Of a DNA stretch of 64,000 nucleotides, positions 1 to 8,787 are shown one piece after another; the stretch's first letter is position 1; the number at the start of each line of letters is the position of its first letter. Under the pieces are notes generated by a model. The model saw only the letters and a program-made list of their open reading frames with translations. It made no database searches and was not told the DNA's origin. The translations under genes were made by a program, and so were the position numbers. Source of the stretch: Limnochordia bacterium (GTDB lineage: Bacteria > Bacillota > Limnochordia > Darwinibacteriales > Darwinibacteriaceae); contig JBMNKP010000005.1 of assembly GCA_050952265.1 (NCBI GenBank), positions 130,974 through 194,973 on the forward strand. Direction: 5' to 3'.

Positions 1-192
1 GATTTGGATAACCGGCAGCCATACGCTGCCAGTAACTGCTGGCAGCTTGGGCGGCACCCAAAGAGGAAAAGACCATCACCAATACCAGCACAGCCCTGCT
101 CAGCTTTCTCATGTTCCACACTCCCTTTGTTGGACTACCCAGTTAATTCCACTTCAACCGGCAATCCCCTGCGCCGGTTCTGAATGGAACTC

Positions 193-645
193 TTACTCAA
201 ATTTCAGCTCGGCCGTGTCTGAAGTGGGGTTCTTGCCGGTTAGGGTGATCTTCAGCTGGAACGTTTTGCCTTTCAGTTCGCTGTTGTAAGCCGTCTCAGA
301 CAGTTCGATTCCCATCTCGTCGCAGAGGTCGCTCAGGTCTACTGTGGGCAGATCAACGGAGTCGCTCACACCAGGGACGACAAAAATGGTCTCGTTCATA
401 TCTTCTTGGTGGGAGAAGACCAGTTCGCCTTGATCATCCATGCCCTCAACTAGGACGCTCTTCAGAGTGTAGCTGCCGATCCCGGACAACCTGAAATGAA
501 GCGTGACGTTCCTCAAAGCGAAGTCATCGAAGGTGACGACTATGGGATTGGGCTCGATCCTGAAGTTGATCTTTGGGGAAAGACAGCCTGTGAGAAGCAG
601 CGCAGCAGCGATCACGGTGAAAAGGACAAGGCTTTTCTTCATCAT
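193..645 (-). CDS. putative lipoprotein (signal peptide with LTGC lipobox), function unknown
   Basis: ORF of 150 aa. N-terminus MMKKSLVLFTVIAAALLLTGC is a lipoprotein signal. SD gggagg lies 6 nt upstream of the ATG. Confidence 0.6.
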   Translation of the reverse strand: MMKKSLVLFTVIAAALLLTGCLSPKINFRIEPNPIVVTFDDFALRNVTLHFRLSGIGSYTLKSVLVEGMDDQGELVFSHQEDMNETIFVVPGVSDSVDLPTVDLSDLCDEMGIELSETAYNSELKGKTFQLKITLTGKNPTSDTAELKFE

Positions 646-742
646 CCAACGCCTCCCATTTCGTTGTTGGTTAGGGTTTCTTTATCGGAGGCCGTTTCCC
701 TGTTCTCCCAAGGCAAGTTTGAGTCAGGAAGGAAGATGTATT

Positions 743-1015
743 GTGGCGCTTATGATCGGCGCTTTAATTTTGGGTTTTGCCGCCGGCCGCTGCCGCCTGC
801 TGCCGGACTTCTTGCGCAGTAAGGTCTCTGCCATGGGCAGCCTGGCCCTTATTGTCCTCCTTTTCACGCTGGGTCTGTCAATGGGCAGCGATGAGCAGAT
901 TATCGCCGCTCTGCCCGTTTTGGGGCTGAAGGCTGTCCTGCTGGCAGTCGGCACGGTGATGGGAAGCGTCCTGCTGGTGTGGGGCGCGACCCGCTTGGGA
1001 GGAAGGCGCAGATGA
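743..1015 (+). CDS. LysO-family (DUF340) membrane protein, small subunit
   Basis: C-terminal part of frame 503-1015 is hydrophobic (LALIVLLFTLGLSMGSDEQIIAALPVLGLKAVLL). Likely GTG/ATG start near 743-752 after SD aggaaggaag. Overlaps the next gene by ATGA, suggesting translational coupling. Confidence 0.5.
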   Translation: MALMIGALILGFAAGRCRLLPDFLRSKVSAMGSLALIVLLFTLGLSMGSDEQIIAALPVLGLKAVLLAVGTVMGSVLLVWGATRLGGRRR

Positions 1016-1611
1016 CCTGGAAGATCCTCAGCAGCCTGGCCGCGGGCTTGCTCTGCGGCTTTTTTTTGCGGGTGCCAGAGGGCGAAATTGTCGGGCTAGC
1101 CCCCGATCTTGCCCTGGCCGCACTGGTCTTTGCCGTGGGTTTCAGTTTGGGGGAAGACGAGCAGCTCTGGGCAAAGGTAAAGGCCCTGCCCAAAGCTCTG
1201 CTTGCCGTGCCCTTCCTCATCGCCGCCGGATCAATTCTTGGGGCTGTCGCGGTCGGGCCGCTCTGCAGCGTGCCGCCCGCAGAAGCTGCCCTGGTCGGCG
1301 CGGGGTTCGGCTGGTATTCCCTTTCTGGGGTGCTGGTCAGCCAGAGCTGCGGTGCCGCATTGGGAACACTGACCCTCCTGGCAAACATCTTCCGGGAAAC
1401 CCTGGCCATCCTGTTCACCGCTGTGGTGGCCAAAAGGTTCGGAAACGCAGTAGCGGTGGCCCCGGGGGGAGCCACCGCCATGGATGTTACGCTGCCGATC
1501 GTTGCCGCGAGCACAGACCCGCAGACGGCCCTGCTTGCCTTTTACTCGGGCACGGTTCTGAGTATACTCGTGCCGATCGTCATTCCCTTCCTCGCCAAAC
1601 TGGTCCACTAA
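1012..1611 (+). CDS. LysO-family (DUF340) membrane protein, large subunit
   Basis: 199 aa, multi-TM, resembling the DUF340/lysine-exporter family. ATG at 1012 follows SD ggaggaagg. Confidence 0.6.
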   Translation: MTWKILSSLAAGLLCGFFLRVPEGEIVGLAPDLALAALVFAVGFSLGEDEQLWAKVKALPKALLAVPFLIAAGSILGAVAVGPLCSVPPAEAALVGAGFGWYSLSGVLVSQSCGAALGTLTLLANIFRETLAILFTAVVAKRFGNAVAVAPGGATAMDVTLPIVAASTDPQTALLAFYSGTVLSILVPIVIPFLAKLVH

Positions 1612-1637
1612 GCGCTGGCAGGCAAGGCGGCCAGCGC

Positions 1638-2327
1638 TTACTCCTGGAGACTGAAGTTGGTGTTCCTCTGAGCGAGAAGCCAGGGGATCAGTTCCGGTTC
1701 GCTGTAAGCAAGGGTCCAAGAATCATGCCCCACCCCAGAATATTTGGTGTAGCGCACAGGAGCGCCGGCCTTGAGCAGGACTTCTACGAGCTCTTCCGTC
1801 ATCCTAGGGAGGACCACCTCGTCATCGGCTCCGTGGAAAGCCCAGATGGGCACCTCTTTGAGCACTTCTATCCTCTCTGGAAAGCCCAAGAGCGGCCAGG
1901 TCCCTCCGCAGATCGGCACGAGGGCCGCAAACGCGCGGGGTTGATGTACAGCCCAGTGCCAGGTCCCGAATCCACCCATACTCAGGCCGGTGAGGTAGAT
2001 CTTCTCAACGTCCACCGCGTAGCCATCGATCAGTTCACGCAGAAGCTGATCCAGTTCCTCCAAGCTGCGGTCCCAAGTCCAGTTTTCCCGGCACTGCGGT
2101 GCCGCGATGATGAACGGCAAGTCCCGCCCTTCCTTCACCTGTTTGAGAGGCCCGTGTACGGCAACCAGATCGAGGTTGTCGCCTCTCTCGCCGGCCCCGT
2201 GGAGGAAGATGAGCAGAGGCCAGCGTTTTGCTTCTTTTTCATACCCCCGCGGCAGGTACAATGCATAGGGGAGTCCAAACGACCTGACTGCGGTTCCCTT
2301 GAGCCTGTGGTGAGTTATGGATGACAA
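1638..2327 (-). CDS. alpha/beta-hydrolase esterase (phospholipase/carboxylesterase-type)
   Basis: 229 aa with motifs LIFLHGAGE and GLSMGG (nucleophile elbow) plus an HGADDEVV/GHD triad. TTG start at 2327 with SD gagggtgg. Overlaps the upstream gene by about 89 nt. Confidence 0.75.
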   Translation of the reverse strand: MSSITHHRLKGTAVRSFGLPYALYLPRGYEKEAKRWPLLIFLHGAGERGDNLDLVAVHGPLKQVKEGRDLPFIIAAPQCRENWTWDRSLEELDQLLRELIDGYAVDVEKIYLTGLSMGGFGTWHWAVHQPRAFAALVPICGGTWPLLGFPERIEVLKEVPIWAFHGADDEVVLPRMTEELVEVLLKAGAPVRYTKYSGVGHDSWTLAYSEPELIPWLLAQRNTNFSLQE

Positions 2328-3156
2328 AGTCTAACCACCCTCTCTTCATCACTTCACACGCCGAATCATAGAACGTGGTAAGTACTTCTCGCCTAAGCTC
2401 CCTTTTCCTTGTGAAGAGGGAAGAAAGGTACGCTCCTTTGGCAGGGGCCAGAGGGGCGTCGATCACCTCGGCTTGAGGATAGAGAGCGCTCAACATGTTT
2501 TCCACCATCTGCCTGATGGTCTGCGATCCCAGAAGAACACTGCCCGACAGCCCGATAACCGGATCCGGCCGGCTGAAGCAGCGTCCCAGCCTTCCCGCCA
2601 AACGGACGAGATGGCAGGAAACATTGCAGGCGGCCCACAGAGCTTCGAAGTCGCCCTGTTCCCCCAACCTGTCAAGGGCCTTGACCCACTCCAGGAGACA
2701 CCCTTCCCTGAACAGCGAGTTTTCCAGCAGTTCTTCATGGCGGACCGCACAACGCTGGCCTCCTTCAGATTGCAGGATAGCCAGCCCCAGATGGTCCCCC
2801 ATCAAAAACAACCGCTCCTTGGGACTGTGGATGCCCAGAGCTCCTGTAGTCGTAAAGTCCTCCACATGAAGCAGCGCTGCTTCATGCACCAGGCCATCAG
2901 CAACCGGAAGCACCTCGTGCCGCCCGACTTCATTTTCTCTCATATAAGTGAAACATACCCCAGCGATTTTGACCCGAATGGCGGTACCGAGTTCTGCCAA
3001 TATGTTCTTCAGGTTGAACCTGGCCTGCTCAAGGCCCCAACACCTGTGGTTTACCGATCCCCCCACCCCCGTGCAGATGATCTCCCCAAACGAATTCCCC
3101 ACAACGATCAGAGCATAGTGGTTTGTGTCAGCGATCCCCAAAAACAGTCGATCCAT
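2239..3156 (-). CDS. BadF/BadG/BcrA/BcrD-type ATPase (N-acetylglucosamine kinase-like)
   Basis: About 305 aa. N-terminus LGIDGGGTxT-like (MDRLFLGIADTNHYALIVV) and length typical of the family. Start ambiguous between TTG at 3195 and ATG at 3156. Confidence 0.65.
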   Translation of the reverse strand: MDRLFLGIADTNHYALIVVGNSFGEIICTGVGGSVNHRCWGLEQARFNLKNILAELGTAIRVKIAGVCFTYMRENEVGRHEVLPVADGLVHEAALLHVEDFTTTGALGIHSPKERLFLMGDHLGLAILQSEGGQRCAVRHEELLENSLFREGCLLEWVKALDRLGEQGDFEALWAACNVSCHLVRLAGRLGRCFSRPDPVIGLSGSVLLGSQTIRQMVENMLSALYPQAEVIDAPLAPAKGAYLSSLFTRKRELRREVLTTFYDSACEVMKRGWLDFVIHNSPQAQGNRSQVVWTPLCIVPAAGV

Positions 3157-3290
3157 GCGCAGTCGCCTAAGTAGCCTTGGTTGACTCTCATACAACTGTG
3201 GTTAAGATTCTGTCTATTCTAGGGATAACAGACTACCCGGCACTCTCCCCTCCTTGGTTTCAATCATAATGAAAAAGGCAATTTTGTGAA

Positions 3291-3319
3291 ATTATAACAT
3301 GGATCCGCAGAGAATCCAA
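3291..3319 (-). promoter_or_regulatory. sigmaA-type promoter (TTGGAT-17-TATAAT) inside the 3' end of the moxR ORF, driving the BadF-like/esterase genes
   Basis: Minus strand reads TTGGATtctctgcggatccatgtTATAAT. A TTCACAA half-site follows the -10. Confidence 0.45.
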
Positions 3320-3344
3320 GCCCATTTCCGCCTTCACCAGGCAT

Positions 3345-4314
3345 TTAGCTGCCCATGTCTTCGACCCTCTCCGCGCCAACCGCCACCTGGCTCAGGAGCG
3401 CGCTCACCACCGCGGCGCCCTTTACGCCTCGCAAAACGCTGTCTGCTTTGAGCATCAGGCGGTGCGCCAGGACGGGGACGGCCACCTCCTTAACATCATC
3501 GGGCAGCACATAATCCCTGCCCTCGAGAGCAGCCAGCGCCTGGGCTGCCCGGAAGAGGGCGAGACTGCCGCGGGGAGATGCTCCCAGCTGAACCTGGGGA
3601 TGGCTTCTTGTGGCCTGCACTAAGCGTACCACGTACTCACCCACTGACTCCTCCACATGTACGCGGCTTACCGCCTGCTGTAGCGAACGGACACGCTGGG
3701 GATCGGTGACAGCCTTCAGGTCGTGGATGGGGTGGCGCTCTTGCAGGAGGTAAAGCATCTCCCTTTCTTCAGCTGCAGTGGGATAACCAAGGCTCACGCA
3801 GATAAAAAAGCGATCCAGCTGCGCTTCAGGCAGAGGGAAGGTGCCCTCAAACTCCACGGGGTTCTGGGTTGCGAGTACCATGAAGGGCTGCTCCAGGACA
3901 TAGGTCTTGCCGTCAACGGTCACCTGACCCTCGCCCATGGCCTCTAGCAGGCTTGACTGGGTGCGCGGGGTTGCCCGGTTGATCTCATCGGCAAGCACGA
4001 TCTGTGACATGATGGGGCCTGGGCGGAAGACGAAATCCCCTGCTTTTCTGATCATAGATAGACAGGCCGGTAATATCCGCAGGGAGCAGGTCTGGCGTGC
4101 ACTGGATGCGGCTGAAGGTTCCGCCGATGGAAGCGGCGATGGCCCTGGCAAGCATAGTCTTGCCCACCCCGGGAACATCCTCCAAAAGGACGTGGCCGCC
4201 GCTGAGCAGAGCCACAAGGAGCAGCCGGGCAGGCTTCTCCTTCCCGATCAAGACCGAACCGATGTTATACAGCATCTTCTGTCCGAACTCCGCCACCGCT
4301 GCTGCATTATCCAT
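3345..4314 (-). pseudogene. MoxR-family AAA+ ATPase, interrupted by a +1 frameshift near 4035-4045
   Basis: N-terminal 109 aa (frame of 3985-4314, Walker A GGHVLLEDVPGVGKT) and C-terminal 240 aa (frame of 3345-4217, RPGPIMSQIVLADEINRA...) are contiguous MoxR sequence in two frames. Removing one base from the run aaaagcaggggattt restores ...IYDQKSGDFVFRPGPI... Confidence 0.75.
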
Positions 4315-5767
4315 CTTTTTCGTCTCCCTTCCACTCTCTGACCCTGTTGAGAATCTGCGTGCCTGCTGCCAGCACCCTTTCCTCCTCAGCGCCGCTCAGC
4401 CCACTCCGGCTGTAGCGTGCCCGCTGATAACCCTGGAAGAACTCGCCAACGACCTCCTCATTGGGGAAGAACTGCCCCCGCAGAGCTTGCCCATACTCCC
4501 ACGGGGTCTGGCTTCTGCGAAAAACAAGCCCTTTCTTCCCGGCCTGCCGGGCAATCTGGAGCAGCAGCGCCCGGACTCCCCTCTCCGGTGGACTATCGCG
4601 GTCTGCAGAAGGCTCTGAAGGGCGCTCCTCTCCCTGCCCAGGAAAGATGGCTTGGCCTTTGATCGGCTTGATGCTTTTCAGCCGGCCCAGCGCCGCCAGC
4701 ACCTGCAGAACGGCCCGCCGCACCGCCGCATACACCTGAACAGCGAGACGCGGCAGCCCCCGCAGCCGTTCTATCTCTCCTTTGGTGAGCTCAAACAGAA
4801 TGAACCCGAGGGCGGCAAGGAGGACTGCGCTGACCAAGGCGACAAGCAGAAGGTACATGGCAGTCAAGATGATGCCGCCAAGTCCCACCGAGTCCACCTC
4901 CGGCAGGGGATCCCCCGATTGGCTGAAACTGGGCCGCTCTTCAGGCGCGGCCTTGGGCAGCTCAGGAAGCTCCACTCCCCGGGACAGAACTGCAGCCAGC
5001 AATCGGCCCACAGTATCCGCTGTTACCGGTGAGTAATCGATGGGGGCCAGATAGACCAGGGCCAGGGAGAGCGCCACAATGATTGCCAGGTTTCGCAGCC
5101 ACTCACGGGGCAGTGCGGGATCCACGGCAGCCTTAGCGCAGGCCCAGAGAGTCTGCAGCCGGAAGAGGTAAGCCCCGCCCAGCAGAGCCAGGCCGCTTGC
5201 CGCGGCGGTTCCGCCCGCCAGTCTGAGCTCAAGTAGGAGCGCACCCGCTGCTTTAACCTCCCGACGGTGTGCGGCCACAGCCAGAACGACTACCGCGGCA
5301 GCGCAGGCGATCACACGGCGCCAGAAGAACCCCAGGGCCAGTTCATCCTGCCCCATGCTGGTCAAAGATTCGTACTCCCAGCTGACGGTGGAGGCTCCCT
5401 GATCGCCGATGAGATCAGCCACCTTCTCGAGACGTGACAGCTCCAAACCGCAACCTCTGGCCAGGAGCCAGCATACAGCAGTCAAACATGCTGGCCAGAG
5501 AAAGGCGGACGGGCTGCGACCAACCAGCAGGTAAATCGGGCCGAGCCACAGCGCGAGTTCCACCAGGCGCACCGTGAAAGGCGTGCGCGGGGTGAGGAAG
5601 TAGGCGGCGAAGTAGGCGCTTTCCAGGGCACTGCCGAGAAGAAAAGCCCAGAGCCAGTTCGGCACAAAGAGAACAGTAGAAAACAGGCTTGCGTACCGGG
5701 CGGCCAAAAAGACGATGGCGGCGGTGAAAACCCCGGCTAAAGCAGGCAGGATGCTCTTCACATTCAC
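4307..5767 (-). CDS. multi-pass membrane protein with C-terminal DUF4129-like domain
   Basis: 486 aa with many TM helices. C-terminus TPWEYGQALRGQFFPNEEVVGEFFQGYQRARYS matches DUF4129. Overlaps the moxR start by 8 nt. Confidence 0.7.
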   Translation of the reverse strand: MNVKSILPALAGVFTAAIVFLAARYASLFSTVLFVPNWLWAFLLGSALESAYFAAYFLTPRTPFTVRLVELALWLGPIYLLVGRSPSAFLWPACLTAVCWLLARGCGLELSRLEKVADLIGDQGASTVSWEYESLTSMGQDELALGFFWRRVIACAAAVVVLAVAAHRREVKAAGALLLELRLAGGTAAASGLALLGGAYLFRLQTLWACAKAAVDPALPREWLRNLAIIVALSLALVYLAPIDYSPVTADTVGRLLAAVLSRGVELPELPKAAPEERPSFSQSGDPLPEVDSVGLGGIILTAMYLLLVALVSAVLLAALGFILFELTKGEIERLRGLPRLAVQVYAAVRRAVLQVLAALGRLKSIKPIKGQAIFPGQGEERPSEPSADRDSPPERGVRALLLQIARQAGKKGLVFRRSQTPWEYGQALRGQFFPNEEVVGEFFQGYQRARYSRSGLSGAEEERVLAAGTQILNRVREWKGDEKDG

Positions 5768-6966
5768 AGCGGCAGATCACCCCCTGGGGAAACCGCAAAA
5801 AGCTGCAGAGCCGAACCATGGGGGGCAGCCAGGAGTTCTCCGTGCAGCACCCTTTCTACGGCGAAGATCAGCACCCTCTGCCCCTCGCGCAGAAAACCAG
5901 CAGCAGCATCCAACAGCTGGGGAGTGTCTTCCGGTACAACCCAAAGCAGGATTGACGCGCCCCGCAGCTGTTTTCTGCTCTCTGCCAGCAGGCTGTAAAA
6001 GTCCACATGGTTTTGGGGCTGAACACCGGCCAGAGCTAGCAGGATCGCACTGAGCTGCTGCGTACCCTGCCGAGGCTGAAACTGAACATAACCGGTTTCG
6101 TGAACAATATCGGTCCTTTCCGGCCAGTATTCGCTCAAGACCGCATTGGCGGCGAGGCCGCAGGCTTCACCCCGCTGGATGATGTGGGCTGCGAGAGAAG
6201 CGGCGGTACTCACCGCTCGCTCAACAGATGGGAAGAAGTGGTCTGGTGGGTAGTCTCCTTCGTAAAGATCCAGCAGGAGGAGGCAGTTTGCCGTCACAGT
6301 ATGGTCAAACTGCTTCACCTGCAGTTCTTGGGTGCGGGCGGTGGCCGGCCAGTGGATCGTGCGCAGTGGATCGCCCGCCTGGTATCCACGCACTCCGGCA
6401 AGGCGCGCTGGGTCAGGGTTGATCCTTTCCAAGGCCTTAAGGCTGCCGAAACTTAACCTGGAAGGAAGGCCGAGTTCAGGCAGGGGGCGTACGTGAGGAT
6501 AGACGACCACCGTTTCCTCCGCAGGAACCTGGAGATGGCAGGTACTGATACCGAAAAAGTCTCCGGCTGCCACCCGCAGCGGCCCCAGGCGGTACACTCC
6601 CCTTTCCCTGGCCACAAGGGGAAAGGCCACTTCCTTGACTTGACGGGAACCCAAGGCGACCACAGGCCGGGCCCGGCGGGTGCCCTTCACTAAGCCGGTG
6701 GGTACGCTGTCCTGCACCGATACCCACGCAAATGGCAGAAGGGTAGGGTTGCGCAGTGCCACCGAAACCGACGCCTCATCCCCTGGGAAGAGAAACCGCT
6801 CTCGGCTTCCCCGGCTGACCATCAGCCTGTTTCCACTCCTGGCCAGCAGCAGCGGGGCCGCGCCAAACAGGACGACCATTAGATAGGCCAGAGAATAGGC
6901 CGCCCTTCCCTGCCAGAGCAGGGCCAGGAAAACGCAGCAGAGAGTTAAGATCTTCCAGGTAAGCAA
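5764..6966 (-). CDS. DUF58 domain protein (vWA-like, MoxR-associated)
   Basis: 400 aa with N-terminal TM helices and a DUF58 core (RGYQAGDPLRTIHWPATARTQELQVKQFD). Overlaps the downstream gene by ATGA. Confidence 0.75.
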   Translation of the reverse strand: MLTWKILTLCCVFLALLWQGRAAYSLAYLMVVLFGAAPLLLARSGNRLMVSRGSRERFLFPGDEASVSVALRNPTLLPFAWVSVQDSVPTGLVKGTRRARPVVALGSRQVKEVAFPLVARERGVYRLGPLRVAAGDFFGISTCHLQVPAEETVVVYPHVRPLPELGLPSRLSFGSLKALERINPDPARLAGVRGYQAGDPLRTIHWPATARTQELQVKQFDHTVTANCLLLLDLYEGDYPPDHFFPSVERAVSTAASLAAHIIQRGEACGLAANAVLSEYWPERTDIVHETGYVQFQPRQGTQQLSAILLALAGVQPQNHVDFYSLLAESRKQLRGASILLWVVPEDTPQLLDAAAGFLREGQRVLIFAVERVLHGELLAAPHGSALQLFAVSPGGDLPL

Positions 6967-7082
6967 GTTCCTCCCCCCATCTACTTGTTCTTCGTGCCGG
7001 CAGGCTGAATTCCTGTTGCTTTTCGCCCTCAGTGAGGTATACTGAGGACAGCTTGTTTTGGTGTTCAGTAAGGGGAGTCTGC

Positions 7083-7676
7083 ATGTCCTGGGATCTGATC
7101 TCTCTGCCAGTGGTGGCAGCCCTGATCGGTTGGGGAACGAACGTCATAGCTATCCGGATGCTTTTCTGGCCGAGAAAGCCCATAAACATTCTTGGCTGGC
7201 AGTTTCTTGGCGTCCTGCCCAAGCGGAAAATGGAGCTGGCCCGCAGCATCGCGGAAGTGCTCAACGATGAGATCCTGCCCTTGGAGGAACTCTTTGGCGC
7301 GGCCAATACTCCTGAGGTGCGGAAGAAGGTGGCCCACGTTGTGGCCGAAGGCCTTGCAGAAAGGTTGAGCCGCTTTCTGCCCAGGTTCATCTGGGAGCAC
7401 ACGGAAGGAAGGATCCGCCTCGGCCTTGAGGACCTTGTCGCAGGCGAGCTGGAAACTATGTTCGGCCAGCTGACCAAGGGCCTCAGTCGCGAGCTCCAGC
7501 AGAGCAACCTGCTTGGTCGGGTGGTGGAAGATAGGATCAACTCTCTGGATCTCTTGCAGCTGGAGAAGCTGGTTATGAGGGTGACGAAACACGAACTGCG
7601 TTATATCGAACTGTTCGGTGCAGTCTTAGGTTTGATCATCGGCCTGATCCAGATTCTGATCCTAAAGCTTTTTTGA
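7083..7676 (+). CDS. DUF445 family membrane protein (YheB-like)
   Basis: About 197 aa. SD aaggggag lies 5 nt before the ATG at 7083. N-terminal TM helix and a C-terminal amphipathic/TM segment. Confidence 0.65.
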   Translation: MSWDLISLPVVAALIGWGTNVIAIRMLFWPRKPINILGWQFLGVLPKRKMELARSIAEVLNDEILPLEELFGAANTPEVRKKVAHVVAEGLAERLSRFLPRFIWEHTEGRIRLGLEDLVAGELETMFGQLTKGLSRELQQSNLLGRVVEDRINSLDLLQLEKLVMRVTKHELRYIELFGAVLGLIIGLIQILILKLF

Positions 7677-7677
7677 T

Positions 7678-7706
7678 AGAGAAACCCCGCAGCTCGCGGG
7701 GTTTCT
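7678..7706. terminator. bidirectional rho-independent terminator
   Basis: agAGAAACCCCGCagctcGCGGGGTTTCTg forms a GC-rich 9-10 bp stem flanked by an A-run and a T-run, between convergent genes. Confidence 0.8.
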
Positions 7707-7709
7707 GTC

Positions 7710-8357
7710 TCAGCGCTTGATGAAGATTTGGGTGACGTAATAGCTTGTCCCACGTTTGGCAATGCCAACGCCAATGTGGGTGTAACCAGAATGGAGGATG
7801 TTCGCCCGGTGGCCCTCGGAGTTCATGAACAGCGTGTGGGCCCGGCTCACGCTCCCGGTCTGGGCGATGTTCTCGCCTGCTCGGGAGTAGCTCACCCCAG
7901 CCTGATCCAGCATGTTGTACACGGTACCATAGGTGGGAGAGACGTGGCTGAAATAGCTGTTTACGGCCATATCGTAGCTCTTCTTCTTAGCCAGTGCAAC
8001 AAGTGTATAGTCGATCTGCAGCGGCGCCTTGCCGCTTTTGATCCGCTCGGCGTTAACCTGGTCGATGATCTGCTGCTCTTCACTGGTCAGACTGGCGCTG
8101 GGCGCGGGCACCTGCGAGCCAGGATTGCTGGGCTGTACCGGTTGGATGGGCGTACTCGGGTTGGGCTGTGGGTTCGGCTGGGGATTGGGCTGGGGATTCG
8201 GCGTCGGGTTGACGGGCAGACTGGGCTGCCAATAGGGCGGATTGCTGCTCGGCGGAGTGCTGGGCAGAGTCGGTGCCCACCATTCCCAGGCACTAGCCTG
8301 CACTCCGGAGGCGGCCAGCAGGACAATAAGTAGAACAACTGCACTGAGACGTCTCAA
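7710..8357 (-). CDS. secreted CAP-domain (SCP/PR-1, YkwD-like) protein with Pro-rich PNPQ repeat linker
   Basis: 215 aa with a signal peptide, a (PNPQ)n linker, and a C-terminal CAP domain (GHRANILHSGYTHIGVGIA). TTG start. Confidence 0.75.
   Translation of the reverse strand: MRRLSAVVLLIVLLAASGVQASAWEWWAPTLPSTPPSSNPPYWQPSLPVNPTPNPQPNPQPNPQPNPSTPIQPVQPSNPGSQVPAPSASLTSEEQQIIDQVNAERIKSGKAPLQIDYTLVALAKKKSYDMAVNSYFSHVSPTYGTVYNMLDQAGVSYSRAGENIAQTGSVSRAHTLFMNSEGHRANILHSGYTHIGVGIAKRGTSYYVTQIFIKR
8159..8218. repeat. 12-bp tandem repeat (about 5 units) encoding the (PNPQ)n linker
   Basis: gttcggctgggg / attgggctgggg / attcggcgtcgg units lie inside the CAP-protein ORF. Such tracts are prone to slipped-strand length variation. 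Confidence 0.6.
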
Positions 8358-8450
8358 GCTCGTTTCCTCCTATATCAAGTGTAGTATTGTACACCCATTA
8401 TATCAGGAAAAAGCCCAGCGTCCCGAAGCCAAATTATGGGATTGTCCAGC

Positions 8451-8747
8451 TCAGGGCTGTTCTTTCAGCTCCTTGAGTTTCCGAACGATCTCCTTCAGAG
8501 AAAGCCTCCCCCGGCAGAAAACCAGTCCGTCGATGACCACAACGGGCAGGAGGCCATCTTGCACCCACCCACCCTGTTTCGCCTCGCTGCTTTCGGGGCT
8601 GACCAAGCGCACAGTAACTTCGGAGCCAAAGCGCCTGCGCACAGCTCGCTTCAGGTAGACTACTGCCTCTCCCAAAGGCAGGTTTTTCCTTCAACCGCCG
8701 CAGGACCGCAGAAGCCCTCGGGAATGACCGCAGACAATCACTTCCAT
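8451..8747 (-). CDS. candidate selenoprotein: small thioredoxin-fold (Rdx/SelW- or glutaredoxin-like) protein with an in-frame UGA at 8691-8693 in a C-G-G-U motif
   Basis: ATG at 8745-8747 follows a perfect SD GGAGGTG with a 6-nt spacer. Translation MEVIVCGHSRGLLRSCGG-UGA-RKNLPLGEAVVYLKRAVRRRF...PVVVIDGLVFCRGRLSLKEIVRKLKELKEQP continues in frame into the tool ORF 8451-8675, which the tool starts at a TTG. A 6-bp hairpin CUGCCU-UUGGGAG-AGGCAG begins 11 nt after the UGA. The C-terminus shows the Rdx/DUF836 pattern P-V-x-x-I-D-G-x-x-F. Confidence 0.5.
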
Positions 8748-8787
8748 CCACCGCACCTCCGCCGCTTATCTGGGTCCAGTATATGCC

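Noticed and set aside
47-289. 80-aa ORF at the window start, and the 65-106-aa ORFs scattered through the rRNA genes (22125-25937, 26559-26786).
   Set aside because: They overlap the lipoprotein gene on the other strand or lie inside rRNA. These are spurious.
3268-3292. Possible Rex operator (TTCACAA half-site next to the BadF-gene -10).
   Set aside because: Only one half-site matches the TTGTGAA-N4-TTCACAA consensus; the partner half is the TATAAT box itself.
8434-8751. 105-aa GTG-initiated ORF overlapping the candidate selenoprotein region in another frame.
   Set aside because: No SD, and a low-complexity Arg/Ser/Gly-rich product. The overlapping frame gives a far more protein-like translation with an SD+ATG.
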